Counted from the stretch's first letter, positions 47,158 through 56,059 are shown. The stretch: 64,000 nucleotides of DNA from a virus (IMGVR_UViG_3300037067_027649:1-64000), one strand, 5' to 3'. The notes: generated by a model not told the origin, from the sequence alone. Program-made: numbers and translations.

Positions 47158-47380
47158 GTTTGAATTTATGTCACAGTTGGGTATTGGAACTGATGTAATA
47201 GATTCTTGGGTTTATTGGGAATTTGAAGAATATATTAAATATCTCAATGAAAAAAATGAAAAAGAAAAAGAAGAGAGAGAAAAACAAGAAAAAGAAACGC
47301 AAAAATCTCAAAGCAACAGTTCATATAGAATGCCTAATATGCCTAATATTAGAATGCCTAATTATAAAAAATTTAGATAA
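47102..47380 (+). CDS. Small baseplate assembly chaperone (gp51-like); start uncertain (47102 or 47168)
   Basis: KNKFEFM...W.YWEFEEYIKYLNEKNEKE; position after the gp26-like gene. Confidence 0.55.
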   Translation: MHQEFSLFQTHLVTLLKNKFEFMSQLGIGTDVIDSWVYWEFEEYIKYLNEKNEKEKEEREKQEKETQKSQSNSSYRMPNMPNIRMPNYKKFR

Positions 47381-47381
47381 T

Positions 47382-47412
47382 AAAAAAGCCATCTTAAAAA
47401 GGTGGCTTTTTT
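47382..47412. terminator. Bidirectional terminator
   Basis: AAAAAAGCCATCT ... AGGTGGCTTTTTT between convergent genes. Confidence 0.75.
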
Positions 47413-47469
47413 CATTAAATATATTCTAAAGTGGGTAGTAGCACTACCCAACTGGTAACATTTTTAATG

Positions 47470-48828
47470 TTAAAAATTATTTACATCTGTAAATTTAGTA
47501 TTTTTGTTTATAATTTTTGTAATATCAGATAATATTTTTTTATCTTCAATTGATAATTTAGATATATCTAAATTTTCCCATATATCATCAGATATAATAT
47601 AATTATAAAATTTATAATCTTTATCATCTTTATTGTTATCAATTTCAACAACAATTTGCAATATTTGGTTATCAATTCTATTATAAATTGATATATCTGA
47701 AATGATACCATTTAAAAATGGTTTATTTAAAAAATTATAAAAAACTTTTTCACTAAATTTTAAATTATTATCAGTTTTAATGTTAGATAAATTCAAAAAT
47801 TCATTCATATCTTCTTCTTTAATTTCTTCATCTTTAATATCATAAATTCTCATACTACCATCACCATCCCAACCAAATGGTTTTTTATATTCTTTATCAC
47901 CATCAGGATCAACCATAATGGTAAAGCTATGGCCTATATTCCCTATACTTTTTATATGATTTAACATTTTAATAAGAATATCTGCACCAGAAGCATCAGT
48001 TTCTATTGTAATTTTATGATTTAACTGTTCTTCTCTATTTTCATATTGTTGTTTAGCTGGAATAACATAACCAATCTTATTTCTTTCATCCCAACACATG
48101 ATAAGTTCATGTTCAGTTTCAAATAACATTAAAGAATTTTTAGCATCATCACTTAAATTTTGATTTCCACTATCAGACCATGTTAAATATTCATCTTTAT
48201 CATAAAAACAATGTGAAAAACTAGCTGAAAAATATTTTTGATTTTCTACAAATTTAACTAATTCGTCTTTATTTGTAAATTTTATAGCATTTTTATTTTC
48301 AGATAAAATTTTTATAGCATCTGGAATTAAAGGTAAAACAAGTGTTCTATTATTGTATTTATTTACATAAATATTATCATTATCTTTTTCAGTTTCACCA
48401 TCAGCTATAAAAAGTTCATTTATTTCATCTTTTGATTCTTTAAACTTAATATTATGTTTTTTTAATAATTCTCTTGCTTCTTCTTTTGTCATACCGCCCA
48501 TAACTTTAGCCATAACATCATTAGTATTTAAAACTTTTTTAGCAACTTGAATTTGATTCCATAAAGCTGGATTCGTATTTTTTAAATTAACACTTTCGTT
48601 AATTATTTTTTTAAAATTTTCTGGATTATGAAAATATTTATCATCTTCAAATTTTAACCAATCAGACATATAATCAATACTTTTAATAGTATGTTTAGTT
48701 CCAATTTTTAATGATCTTTTTTCATCATCAGATGTATCATCTTTAACGACTTCAACAGTATCTCCAACTTTAAATTTAGGTTTTTTACTTTCATTTACAC
48801 TAAATTCAGAAAATTTTTTTAATGACAT
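47470..48828 (-). CDS. Multidomain putative internal protein (leader, SH3/KOW-like domain, unknown domains)
   Basis: MSLKKFSEFSVNES; KFKVGDTVEVV...LKIG.K.TI..ID. Confidence 0.75.
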   Translation of the reverse strand: MSLKKFSEFSVNESKKPKFKVGDTVEVVKDDTSDDEKRSLKIGTKHTIKSIDYMSDWLKFEDDKYFHNPENFKKIINESVNLKNTNPALWNQIQVAKKVLNTNDVMAKVMGGMTKEEARELLKKHNIKFKESKDEINELFIADGETEKDNDNIYVNKYNNRTLVLPLIPDAIKILSENKNAIKFTNKDELVKFVENQKYFSASFSHCFYDKDEYLTWSDSGNQNLSDDAKNSLMLFETEHELIMCWDERNKIGYVIPAKQQYENREEQLNHKITIETDASGADILIKMLNHIKSIGNIGHSFTIMVDPDGDKEYKKPFGWDGDGSMRIYDIKDEEIKEEDMNEFLNLSNIKTDNNLKFSEKVFYNFLNKPFLNGIISDISIYNRIDNQILQIVVEIDNNKDDKDYKFYNYIISDDIWENLDISKLSIEDKKILSDITKIINKNTKFTDVNNF

Positions 48829-48849
48829 TTTTTAAATATTATTTTTTAT

Positions 48850-48858
48850 TATATATTA
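48850..48858 (-). promoter_or_regulatory. Putative late promoter TAATATATA
   Basis: 22 nt upstream of ATG 48828. Confidence 0.6.
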
Positions 48859-48862
48859 ATTA

Positions 48863-49462
48863 TTAATAATTAATTTCTTTCTTAAAATCTTTATCGTAAC
48901 CTATAAATTTTTTATTTTTAAAAAGTTTTGCTAATTCTAAAATATCATTAGATACTTTTTTACTCATATAAAAATCTCTACAAAAATTTTCTACAAATTC
49001 TTCTTCATCTTCAAATTGTAATACATTACTATCTTCATTAAATATATAAACGTTATCAATATCAACCATAGCATGACCTAATTCATGAAAAATAGTTTCT
49101 TTAATTATTAAATCTTTTTCTTCATCTATTTCTTCTTTATTATTAAGACTTTCTAATTCTTTTATTATAGAATCTTCATATAATAATATTATTGGTTCAC
49201 CAGCTAATGAACTTGAATGAACATATTCAGCTATTGTATTACTTTTATCTTTTTCGATCCATAATATATGTATTTTTTTAAAAATATTTATTTTTGATTT
49301 AAATTCATCAATAGCTTCTTTAGCTATAATATCAAAAGATAAATCTTTAGATTTTTCTTTTAAATCATATACATAAGATAATTCATTTACTATTCTATCT
49401 TTTGAACTGGTAATATTAATATAATTGTTATTAAAATTTTCAAATGTTTTAATAAAATTCAT
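48863..49462 (-). CDS. HExxH metallopeptidase-like putative internal protein
   Basis: Leader MNFIKTFENF; TIFHELGHA and downstream EEEFVE.F. Confidence 0.7.
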   Translation of the reverse strand: MNFIKTFENFNNNYINITSSKDRIVNELSYVYDLKEKSKDLSFDIIAKEAIDEFKSKINIFKKIHILWIEKDKSNTIAEYVHSSSLAGEPIILLYEDSIIKELESLNNKEEIDEEKDLIIKETIFHELGHAMVDIDNVYIFNEDSNVLQFEDEEEFVENFCRDFYMSKKVSNDILELAKLFKNKKFIGYDKDFKKEINY

Positions 49463-49481
49463 ATTTAAAGCTTTAATTTTT

Positions 49482-49493
49482 TAATATATATTA
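49482..49493. promoter_or_regulatory. Palindromic TAATATATATTA (late motif on both strands)
   Basis: Between divergent starts 49462 and 49513. Confidence 0.6.
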
Positions 49494-49512
49494 AAAAACA
49501 TAATATTATTTA

Positions 49513-50370
49513 ATGAATAAAGAAATTCATTTTTTCGATTTAGATGGAACACTTTGGGAAATTCAAGGTAAAGTTTGGGTTATATCAAAAGATAATCCAA
49601 ATGTACCTTTATTAAAAATAGATAGAGAAGAATTTAATCTTATAAAAAGTGGTTTATATAAAGAAGATAATATTCAAGTGAATTATAATGACCAATGGTA
49701 TTGGATACCATCAGAATTAATGGATAGAATTAAAAAGAAAAGAAATTTAGATGAAGATAATATTGGTTTTTCATTTAGAGAATTTTTTGATGTTAATTAT
49801 ATAAATAGAATAAAGATTATATTAAAAAACATAATAGATTTAAACAACAAAAAGATTGATGTTGGTATTATTACTGGTAGACATGATAGAGAAGGTGAAC
49901 AAGAATTCTTAAATAAATTAAGAATTAAATTAAATGAATTAAATCTTGATATAAATAAAATGTATTATCTTGGTGATAGATTTTCATATGAATTAAGAGA
50001 TAATATATCTTTTTCTAAATCAAAACTTTTATTAGAACATTTAATTGGTATTAAAATAGAAAAAGATAAATTCGTACCTTTAAAACAAGATTGGTATAAA
50101 ACTATTTATTTCTATGATGATGAAATACAAAATATATATACAGCTAATAAAATACAACAATTTTTTAATGAAATTATTAGAAATACAGATGATGAAGTAT
50201 TTAATATTATAAAAGAAAAAATAACAGAAAACGAATTAATATTATATACTAATTATATATCTAATAATGAATTAAATAAATTTAAAACAACAAAAATAAT
50301 ATTAAAAGAACCTGAAAAATTTCCTATAAAATTAGAAAATTTAAATGTTAAAAAATTTAAAGAATTTTAA
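49513..50370 (+). CDS. HAD-superfamily protein
   Basis: FFDLDGTL, IITGR, FYDDE. Confidence 0.75.
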   Translation: MNKEIHFFDLDGTLWEIQGKVWVISKDNPNVPLLKIDREEFNLIKSGLYKEDNIQVNYNDQWYWIPSELMDRIKKKRNLDEDNIGFSFREFFDVNYINRIKIILKNIIDLNNKKIDVGIITGRHDREGEQEFLNKLRIKLNELNLDINKMYYLGDRFSYELRDNISFSKSKLLLEHLIGIKIEKDKFVPLKQDWYKTIYFYDDEIQNIYTANKIQQFFNEIIRNTDDEVFNIIKEKITENELILYTNYISNNELNKFKTTKIILKEPEKFPIKLENLNVKKFKEF

Positions 50371-51842
50371 TGTCAAGTTATAGTGGTGTACCAGTTGAAA
50401 TAAGTTCGATATTAAGTATAACTTTTCCTGTTGATAAACTTGTTGATGAGTTTGTTGCTAGTGTATTTAATATAAAAGTGGATTTTGAAAAACAATCAAA
50501 AGAAGAAATTCAGAAGATTATTTATGAAGATAATAATGTTCCTACGGTGGATGAACCTGGATTGGCTACGTTGATAGACACATTTATTAGAATGATAATA
50601 AAATGTATTGGAAGTTTTGCACAACAAATATTCATATTAACAGAATTGGTTAAAAAAATAAAAGAAGCTTTAAAAAATCCAACATCAAAATCTAATGCAG
50701 AATATTTAGCATCTATACCTAAAAAAATAAAAGAACTTATAAAAGAAGTAAAAACGTTTTTTGCTGATACTGCTAAATGGATTATGGATAAGTTTTTAGG
50801 TGCTTTATCAAAAATTAATATACCAATACCATCTTTTGATTTTAATATCTTGGGGTTTAAATTAACAATACCTAAAATAGATAATAAAGGAGCATTAAAT
50901 GATGATTCTAAATTAAATATACCAAAGCATGAGGATGATGAGTTAAAAGATATTAAAAATAAAATAGAAGAATTAAATAATAAGATATCAAATTCTAATA
51001 AAAATATAGGAGATGATATTGATAATATAACAGATAAATTACAACCTGACTTAGATAAATCTAAGAAAAAATTAGATGATGGTGAAAAAAAATTAAAAGA
51101 TAATAATGATAATATAAAAAAATTAGAAAATAAAAAAATTAGAACAGTAGCAGAAAACAAAAAATTAAAATTGTTAAAAGAAGAAAATAAAAAATTAACA
51201 GAAAACGTAGAAACTTATAAAAAAGATTATGAAAGTAAAAAAGTTCAAATTGATGAACAAATGAATAAAATTGAAAATAATTTAAATACAAGTGATACAG
51301 AAACAGAATTAAAAGAAGCAAAAAACGAATTAAAATCTAAATTAGGTGAAAATCCAGTTTCAGCATATACTGAAAAAATTAAAGAAATGGTTATAAATAT
51401 TATAAAATTTCCAGTTGATTTTGTATTTAATTTATTTAAACAATTATTAAAAGCTTTAGTAAAAATATTTTCATTTGATTTTGGAGAATTTGAAAAATTA
51501 ATTCAAATGTTAAAACCGAATATTGATAGTGTCGGTCTTTTAATAGGTACTGTTTTAGATGGTTTCATAGATGGTTTTTCTACATTATATAAAGCAGCTA
51601 AAGATAAATTTGGTAATATAAAAGAAAATATAGAAGAAGTTGTTTTATATTTAAAAGATGAAGGTAATAAAATATTAGGTAGAACTGATTCTGATGAAAA
51701 TAAAGAAAAATTGAATCAGACAATTAGTTATTTTGTTGTTGGTGTTAATATAATTACAGCTTTTCCAATTTTATTTTTAAATTTGATAGTAGAATTATTT
51801 AATTATGCTTTAAATCCAATAGGTATTAAGATTATAATTTAG
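50370..51842 (+). CDS. Coiled-coil hypothetical protein, possibly structural
   Basis: 490 aa with long K/E/N heptad region; late-operon context. Confidence 0.7.
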   Translation: MSSYSGVPVEISSILSITFPVDKLVDEFVASVFNIKVDFEKQSKEEIQKIIYEDNNVPTVDEPGLATLIDTFIRMIIKCIGSFAQQIFILTELVKKIKEALKNPTSKSNAEYLASIPKKIKELIKEVKTFFADTAKWIMDKFLGALSKINIPIPSFDFNILGFKLTIPKIDNKGALNDDSKLNIPKHEDDELKDIKNKIEELNNKISNSNKNIGDDIDNITDKLQPDLDKSKKKLDDGEKKLKDNNDNIKKLENKKIRTVAENKKLKLLKEENKKLTENVETYKKDYESKKVQIDEQMNKIENNLNTSDTETELKEAKNELKSKLGENPVSAYTEKIKEMVINIIKFPVDFVFNLFKQLLKALVKIFSFDFGEFEKLIQMLKPNIDSVGLLIGTVLDGFIDGFSTLYKAAKDKFGNIKENIEEVVLYLKDEGNKILGRTDSDENKEKLNQTISYFVVGVNIITAFPILFLNLIVELFNYALNPIGIKIII

Positions 51843-51853
51843 TTTCAACATCA

Positions 51854-52165
51854 TGAACTACTACTAAACTAAAGATTTAGCAGTTTCACGTTTCACAGAC
51901 TTCTCCAACGAGAACGCCTCACCGTGTTTTTGTTTAAAGTCCAACTTGCGTTCCACAACCAGACTATTTTTTTAAATTAAAATTTTTACTTTTTTGATTT
52001 TACGTGTTTTAAGATTTTAAAACACAACCAAATATATCAAAGAACTTTTTTATAAATTTATATATTAAATATTTTGGGTCTAAAAATGGTTTTTTTAAAT
52101 ATTTTTATTATATTTGAATAAAATTTTGAAATTCATCTACGAAACTAAAGATTTCGTAGTTTTCT
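51854..52165 (-). mobile_element. Non-autonomous 312-bp derivative of the IS200/605 element (no ORF)
   Basis: Left end 38/41 and right end 32/34 identical to the tnpB element ends; also preceded by TTGAA. Confidence 0.88.
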
Positions 52166-52471
52166 TTCAACAAAAATATAAATTTTATCAATTCTTTCAT
52201 TACTTAAATATGACATTTTAATGTTTTTAATATTTAGAAATTTTTTAATTGATTTTTCTAATATTTCTTTACTTTCTATCATTGTTAAATTGTAGGTAAA
52301 TTGTAATCTTTCATAAATGAGGTTGTAACAATAAACTCTATTGTTTTCTATATTATATTCTAAAACAATATTGGTATCTTTTATGTAAAAAACTGAATTT
52401 GAATATTTTTCTAATTTAAGTTTCTTTAAATCAGATAACCAAAATTTTATGAAATTTTCTTTAGTTTTCAT
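52145..52471 (-). CDS. Hypothetical protein, family D; last 6 residues come from the inserted element
   Basis: ...IFVE|RKLRNL*; the empty site would read IFVE*. Confidence 0.7.
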   Translation of the reverse strand: MKTKENFIKFWLSDLKKLKLEKYSNSVFYIKDTNIVLEYNIENNRVYCYNLIYERLQFTYNLTMIESKEILEKSIKKFLNIKNIKMSYLSNERIDKIYIFVERKLRNL

Positions 52472-52785
52472 TATAATTTTTTATTTATGTTTTCAATCAT
52501 ACCAACATCAATATTATCATCTTTAAATATTTTATTTAATTTTAGTTTTCTATATTCTTTTAATGATATAAATCTATCTTCATCGAAATAAAAATCTAAT
52601 TTTTCTATTATTTTTACTAATTTTCCTATTCCACTTGTTTTTATATCAATAATTTTATATTTTTTTCCTTTTTTTAAATATAAAAGAGCATTATGAAATT
52701 CAGTATCATATTCACCTATTGAATCTGGTATAATGTTATTAGATACACAAACAACCGTTTCGCCTATTTTAAAATTGTTATTCAT
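52471..52785 (-). CDS. SH3/KOW-like family E protein with C-terminal tag
   Basis: FKIGETVVCV...LKKGKKYKI.DI...RFISLKEYRKLKLNKI. Confidence 0.75.
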   Translation of the reverse strand: MNNNFKIGETVVCVSNNIIPDSIGEYDTEFHNALLYLKKGKKYKIIDIKTSGIGKLVKIIEKLDFYFDEDRFISLKEYRKLKLNKIFKDDNIDVGMIENINKKL

Positions 52786-52996
52786 CTAAAATTTTATTAA
52801 TCTTTTGTTTTCTCAAATCTTTTTTTGTTTTAAAAACATATTTTATTATTCGTATAGTATTACCTTTATGATTAAACCAAAGATATCCAAAATTATTTAC
52901 ATCAACAATTGTGTATTCTTTATATTTTTCAAAATATGGTTGTTCATCATCACCAATGTAAACAACTTTATCACCAATTTTATAATTATATTTCAT
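52778..52996 (-). CDS. SH3/KOW-like family E protein with tag
   Basis: YKIGDKVVY...KYKEYTIVDV...DLRKQKINKIL. Confidence 0.75.
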   Translation of the reverse strand: MKYNYKIGDKVVYIGDDEQPYFEKYKEYTIVDVNNFGYLWFNHKGNTIRIIKYVFKTKKDLRKQKINKILDE

Positions 52997-53213
52997 TTAA
53001 AATTTTATTAATCTTTTGTTTTCTCAAATCTTTTAATGTTATAAAATTTTTTTTATTATATGAACATAGTACATTATTATCATTTATTAATACAATAAAA
53101 ATATCATCAGGAATATTACAGATTTTATATTTTTTATACAATTTTATATATTGATAAGCAGAATTATCAACACATAATACTATATCATCTTTTTTAAATT
53201 TATTTTTATTCAT
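52986..53213 (-). CDS. SH3/KOW-like family E protein with tag
   Basis: FKKDDIVLCV...LYKKYKI...DLRKQKINKIL. Confidence 0.75.
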   Translation of the reverse strand: MNKNKFKKDDIVLCVDNSAYQYIKLYKKYKICNIPDDIFIVLINDNNVLCSYNKKNFITLKDLRKQKINKILNEI

Positions 53214-53514
53214 TTAAAATTAAATTTAATTTTAAAATTTTTAATTTTCTTAAATTCTTTTCATTTATTAAAAATATATCTTTATCACCTAAAATGTTTT
53301 TTTCTTCATCTGTTGCAAGTCTTATATGTTGATAATATAATGAATTATGAGATTTTGCTGTAGTTTTATAATTATATCCAGCTATTTGTTTTGTAATTCT
53401 TGTTATACAAGGTTGTTCACCACGCCAAACTATAATATCACCCTTTATATAAATATGATATGATCCAAATGGTGTGTTTGGTTTATATAAAAATTTTTCT
53501 ACATTATTATTCAT
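53206..53514 (-). CDS. Hypothetical protein with tag
   Basis: IRLAT.EE motif; ends NLRKLKILKL. Confidence 0.7.
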   Translation of the reverse strand: MNNNVEKFLYKPNTPFGSYHIYIKGDIIVWRGEQPCITRITKQIAGYNYKTTAKSHNSLYYQHIRLATDEEKNILGDKDIFLINEKNLRKLKILKLNLILNE

Positions 53515-53744
53515 TATTTAAATATTTTTTTAAGTTTTGTTACTCTTTCTTCATTTTTTGAATAAAAATTTGTTATTCTAAACCAAGAATGAATATTATC
53601 TATCATAATAAAAGTTTTTGTTAAATTTATTTTTATTATAGTATAATGTTTACCTATTTTTAGATTACTCATGTTAAGATCATATTTTATAGGTTCATTT
53701 TTAATACAAATAACTTTATCCCCTATTTTAAAATTATTATTCAT
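53514..53744 (-). CDS. SH3/KOW-like family E protein with tag
   Basis: FKIGDKVICI...LKIGKHYTI...ERVTKLKKIF. Confidence 0.75.
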   Translation of the reverse strand: MNNNFKIGDKVICIKNEPIKYDLNMSNLKIGKHYTIIKINLTKTFIMIDNIHSWFRITNFYSKNEERVTKLKKIFK

Positions 53745-53748
53745 TATA

Positions 53749-53756
53749 CAAATATA
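53749..53756 (-). promoter_or_regulatory. Bacteroidota-type -7 element TATATTTG
   Basis: Immediately upstream of ATG 53744 (very short leader). Confidence 0.5.
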
Positions 53757-53810
53757 ATATTTTTTTGTTAATATTAAAAAAATTTTATTATATTTACAAA
53801 AAAAATATAA

Positions 53811-54062
53811 ATGGATTTTAAAGAAGGTGATATTGTAGTTTGTATTAAAAAACCAGCTTTACAAAATTCAATTTTTGGTATACAATTGAATTTATATCAA
53901 AAATATAAAGTTGTTAGTGTTTATGTAAAAACTATATCAATATCTGATATTATATCAGATGATGATAATAAATTTATTCCTGTTCAAAATTTTAAAAAGA
54001 AATATTTCATATCTGAAAATGAATTTAGAAAAATGAAAATTAAAAAGATTTTACATGGATAA
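53811..54062 (+). CDS. SH3/KOW-like family E protein with tag
   Basis: FKEGDIVVCI...LYQKYKV...EFRKMKIKKIL. Confidence 0.75.
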   Translation: MDFKEGDIVVCIKKPALQNSIFGIQLNLYQKYKVVSVYVKTISISDIISDDDNKFIPVQNFKKKYFISENEFRKMKIKKILHG

Positions 54063-54342
54063 AAAATTTAAAATAGGAGATAAAGTTGTTTTAATTAATA
54101 AAAATGTATTAAACGATAAAGAAGATTTAAGTAGTAAAAATATAAAATCTAAATTAAATAATATTTTAAAAATAATAGAAATAGGTAAAATTTATATAAT
54201 TAAGGATATATTTAAATATGGTGATGATAAAATCCTCATAAAAATTAATGTAGACGAAAATTTTTATTTTAATAAAGATAGGTTTATATCACTAAAAGAA
54301 TATAGAAAACAAAAAATTAATAAAATAAATGAAAAATGTTAA
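54055..54342 (+). CDS. SH3/KOW-like family E protein with tag
   Basis: FKIGDKVV...IGKIYII.DI...RFISLKEYRKQKINKI. Confidence 0.75.
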   Translation: MDKKFKIGDKVVLINKNVLNDKEDLSSKNIKSKLNNILKIIEIGKIYIIKDIFKYGDDKILIKINVDENFYFNKDRFISLKEYRKQKINKINEKC

Positions 54343-55183
54343 TTGGATAATAGAAAAAAATTTATTTGATGATTATGAAAATAAATTAGTAGAAGCCATA
54401 AATAAAAATGGTTCTAATTGTATTTTATATGATAATGATAGATGGAATTCAGATTTAAAAAAAGATTTATCTAAATTATTAAAAGATGATGATATTGTTA
54501 TATTTCATGGTTCATTGGGTTTGGGTAAAAAAATGTTAAGAGAAACATCATACTATCCTGGAATTTATTTGACGTTAGAAAGTTATGAATGTTTTAAATA
54601 TTATGGTTATTATGGAGATAATTTATTAAATAATAATTATTTAATGTTTGGATTGAATGATGTTTTAAGAAATAAAAATTTCATTTTTAATATTTTTAAT
54701 TCAGAAAAAATATTTATTAGACCATCTAATGGATATAAAACATTTACTGGACAATGTTTATCTAAAATTAATTTTGAAAAAGATTTTGATTTACTTATTA
54801 AATCTTATGGTGGTATTGATTTAGATACTCTGTGTTTAATATCTCCAGCACAAGATATAGAAGAAGAATATAGACTTGTTATAGTAGATAAGAAAATAAT
54901 ATCAGGAAGTTTATATATGGATTCTAAAAATAGAGAATCTTGGATAGCTTATTATGATAAATTGTGTGAAGATGTGAATGTGTTTAAATTTGCAGAAAGT
55001 TTAATTGAAATGTATCAACCAGATTTTTGTTTTGATATGGATATATGTAGATTATCCAATGGTGATTATAAATTAATAGAAATAAATTCTTTCTGTTGTG
55101 GTTCTATGTATGGAAATGATTATGAAAAAGTAGTTTCTGCTGTTAATGATATGTGTTTAAAAGATTATAATGATATATTTTAA
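54329..55183 (+). CDS. ATP-grasp domain protein (DUF4343/R2K-like)
   Basis: IFIRPSNGYKTFTG, EYRLVIVD..IISGSLY, DIC...KLIEINS. Confidence 0.78.
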   Translation: MKNVNWIIEKNLFDDYENKLVEAINKNGSNCILYDNDRWNSDLKKDLSKLLKDDDIVIFHGSLGLGKKMLRETSYYPGIYLTLESYECFKYYGYYGDNLLNNNYLMFGLNDVLRNKNFIFNIFNSEKIFIRPSNGYKTFTGQCLSKINFEKDFDLLIKSYGGIDLDTLCLISPAQDIEEEYRLVIVDKKIISGSLYMDSKNRESWIAYYDKLCEDVNVFKFAESLIEMYQPDFCFDMDICRLSNGDYKLIEINSFCCGSMYGNDYEKVVSAVNDMCLKDYNDIF

Positions 55184-55386
55184 TTTTTTAATAAGTTTTT
55201 CTTTTCTTGTTTGTGTAATATCTTTTTTATAAATATAATTCATTCCACACATCACATTAACATCATTAGTATTAAGTAAACAAAACCATTTATATTTAAA
55301 TCACAACAATTACACGAAAAATCATTATTTCTTAATGTTTTAACATATACGATACTATTGTGATAATATTTTATTGGTTTATTCAT
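55157..55386 (-). pseudogene. Frameshifted Cys-rich family F member
   Basis: ...SCNCCDLNINGF then -1 in a T-run gives CLL...MCG..YIYKK..TRKEKL. Confidence 0.55.
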
Positions 55387-55387
55387 T

Positions 55388-55585
55388 TTAGAATTTCTTC
55401 AATTTTATTTTTCTTATACTTTTAATATCTTTAAAAACCATACCAATATTACAAACATGATTACTATCACAAAAATTATTTTTTTTTAATATATAGCAGC
55501 CATCACAAACATTATTATTAAATTCTTCTTCAGTTTGTTTTACTAAATATAATTTAACACCTTTGTATGTTATAGATGTAGTCAT
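55388..55585 (-). CDS. Cys-rich family F protein with tag
   Basis: ITYKGVKLYLV...CDGC...C...C..GMVFK..RKIKL. Confidence 0.75.
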   Translation of the reverse strand: MTTSITYKGVKLYLVKQTEEEFNNNVCDGCYILKKNNFCDSNHVCNIGMVFKDIKSIRKIKLKKF

Positions 55586-55783
55586 TTATCTTAAAAATTC
55601 TTCAATTTTATTTTTTCTCAAATCTTTTTTTGTTTTAAAAACCATACCATCTATACATAGTAATTTAAAATATGATACCGAATTATTATTAAAATAACAA
55701 CCACCACATGTATGTGATTTACGTTCATCATAAGTTTGTTCTACAAGATATAATTTAATATCACCATAATGAAATTCTTTCAT
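55586..55783 (-). CDS. Cys-rich family F protein with tag
   Basis: CGGCYF...C.DGMVFKTKKDLRKNKI. Confidence 0.75.
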   Translation of the reverse strand: MKEFHYGDIKLYLVEQTYDERKSHTCGGCYFNNNSVSYFKLLCIDGMVFKTKKDLRKNKIEEFLR

Positions 55784-55790
55784 ATATTTT

Positions 55791-56054
55791 TTAAAATAAT
55801 AGATTAATACTTTTTGCTCTCATATAAGCTTGTGCAAGATGATCATCAAATAAACCTTTTTTTATTGACATTTTAGCAAAAATTAATCCAGATTTATAAT
55901 CTGATGGTTCATTACTAAACCTTGCTAATACTGTAGGTATTTGTTTAATTTTATCACAAAAATATAAATCTGCGCCATTAAAATTACCTAAAAATTTGCA
56001 ATAGTCACAATCATGCTTAAATTTTGGTTTTTGATTACTTGTTAAATTTTCCAT
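55791..56054 (-). CDS. Conserved hypothetical phage protein
   Basis: KPKFKHDCDYCKFLG....DLYFC...TVLARFSNEPSDY.SG. Confidence 0.75.
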   Translation of the reverse strand: MENLTSNQKPKFKHDCDYCKFLGNFNGADLYFCDKIKQIPTVLARFSNEPSDYKSGLIFAKMSIKKGLFDDHLAQAYMRAKSINLLF

Positions 56055-56059
56055 AATAT

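Noticed and set aside
47435-47451. GGGTAGT-AGC-ACTACCC hairpin as a mobile-element end or ncRNA
   Set aside because: Single short stem beside a terminator, with no partner copy found in the window.
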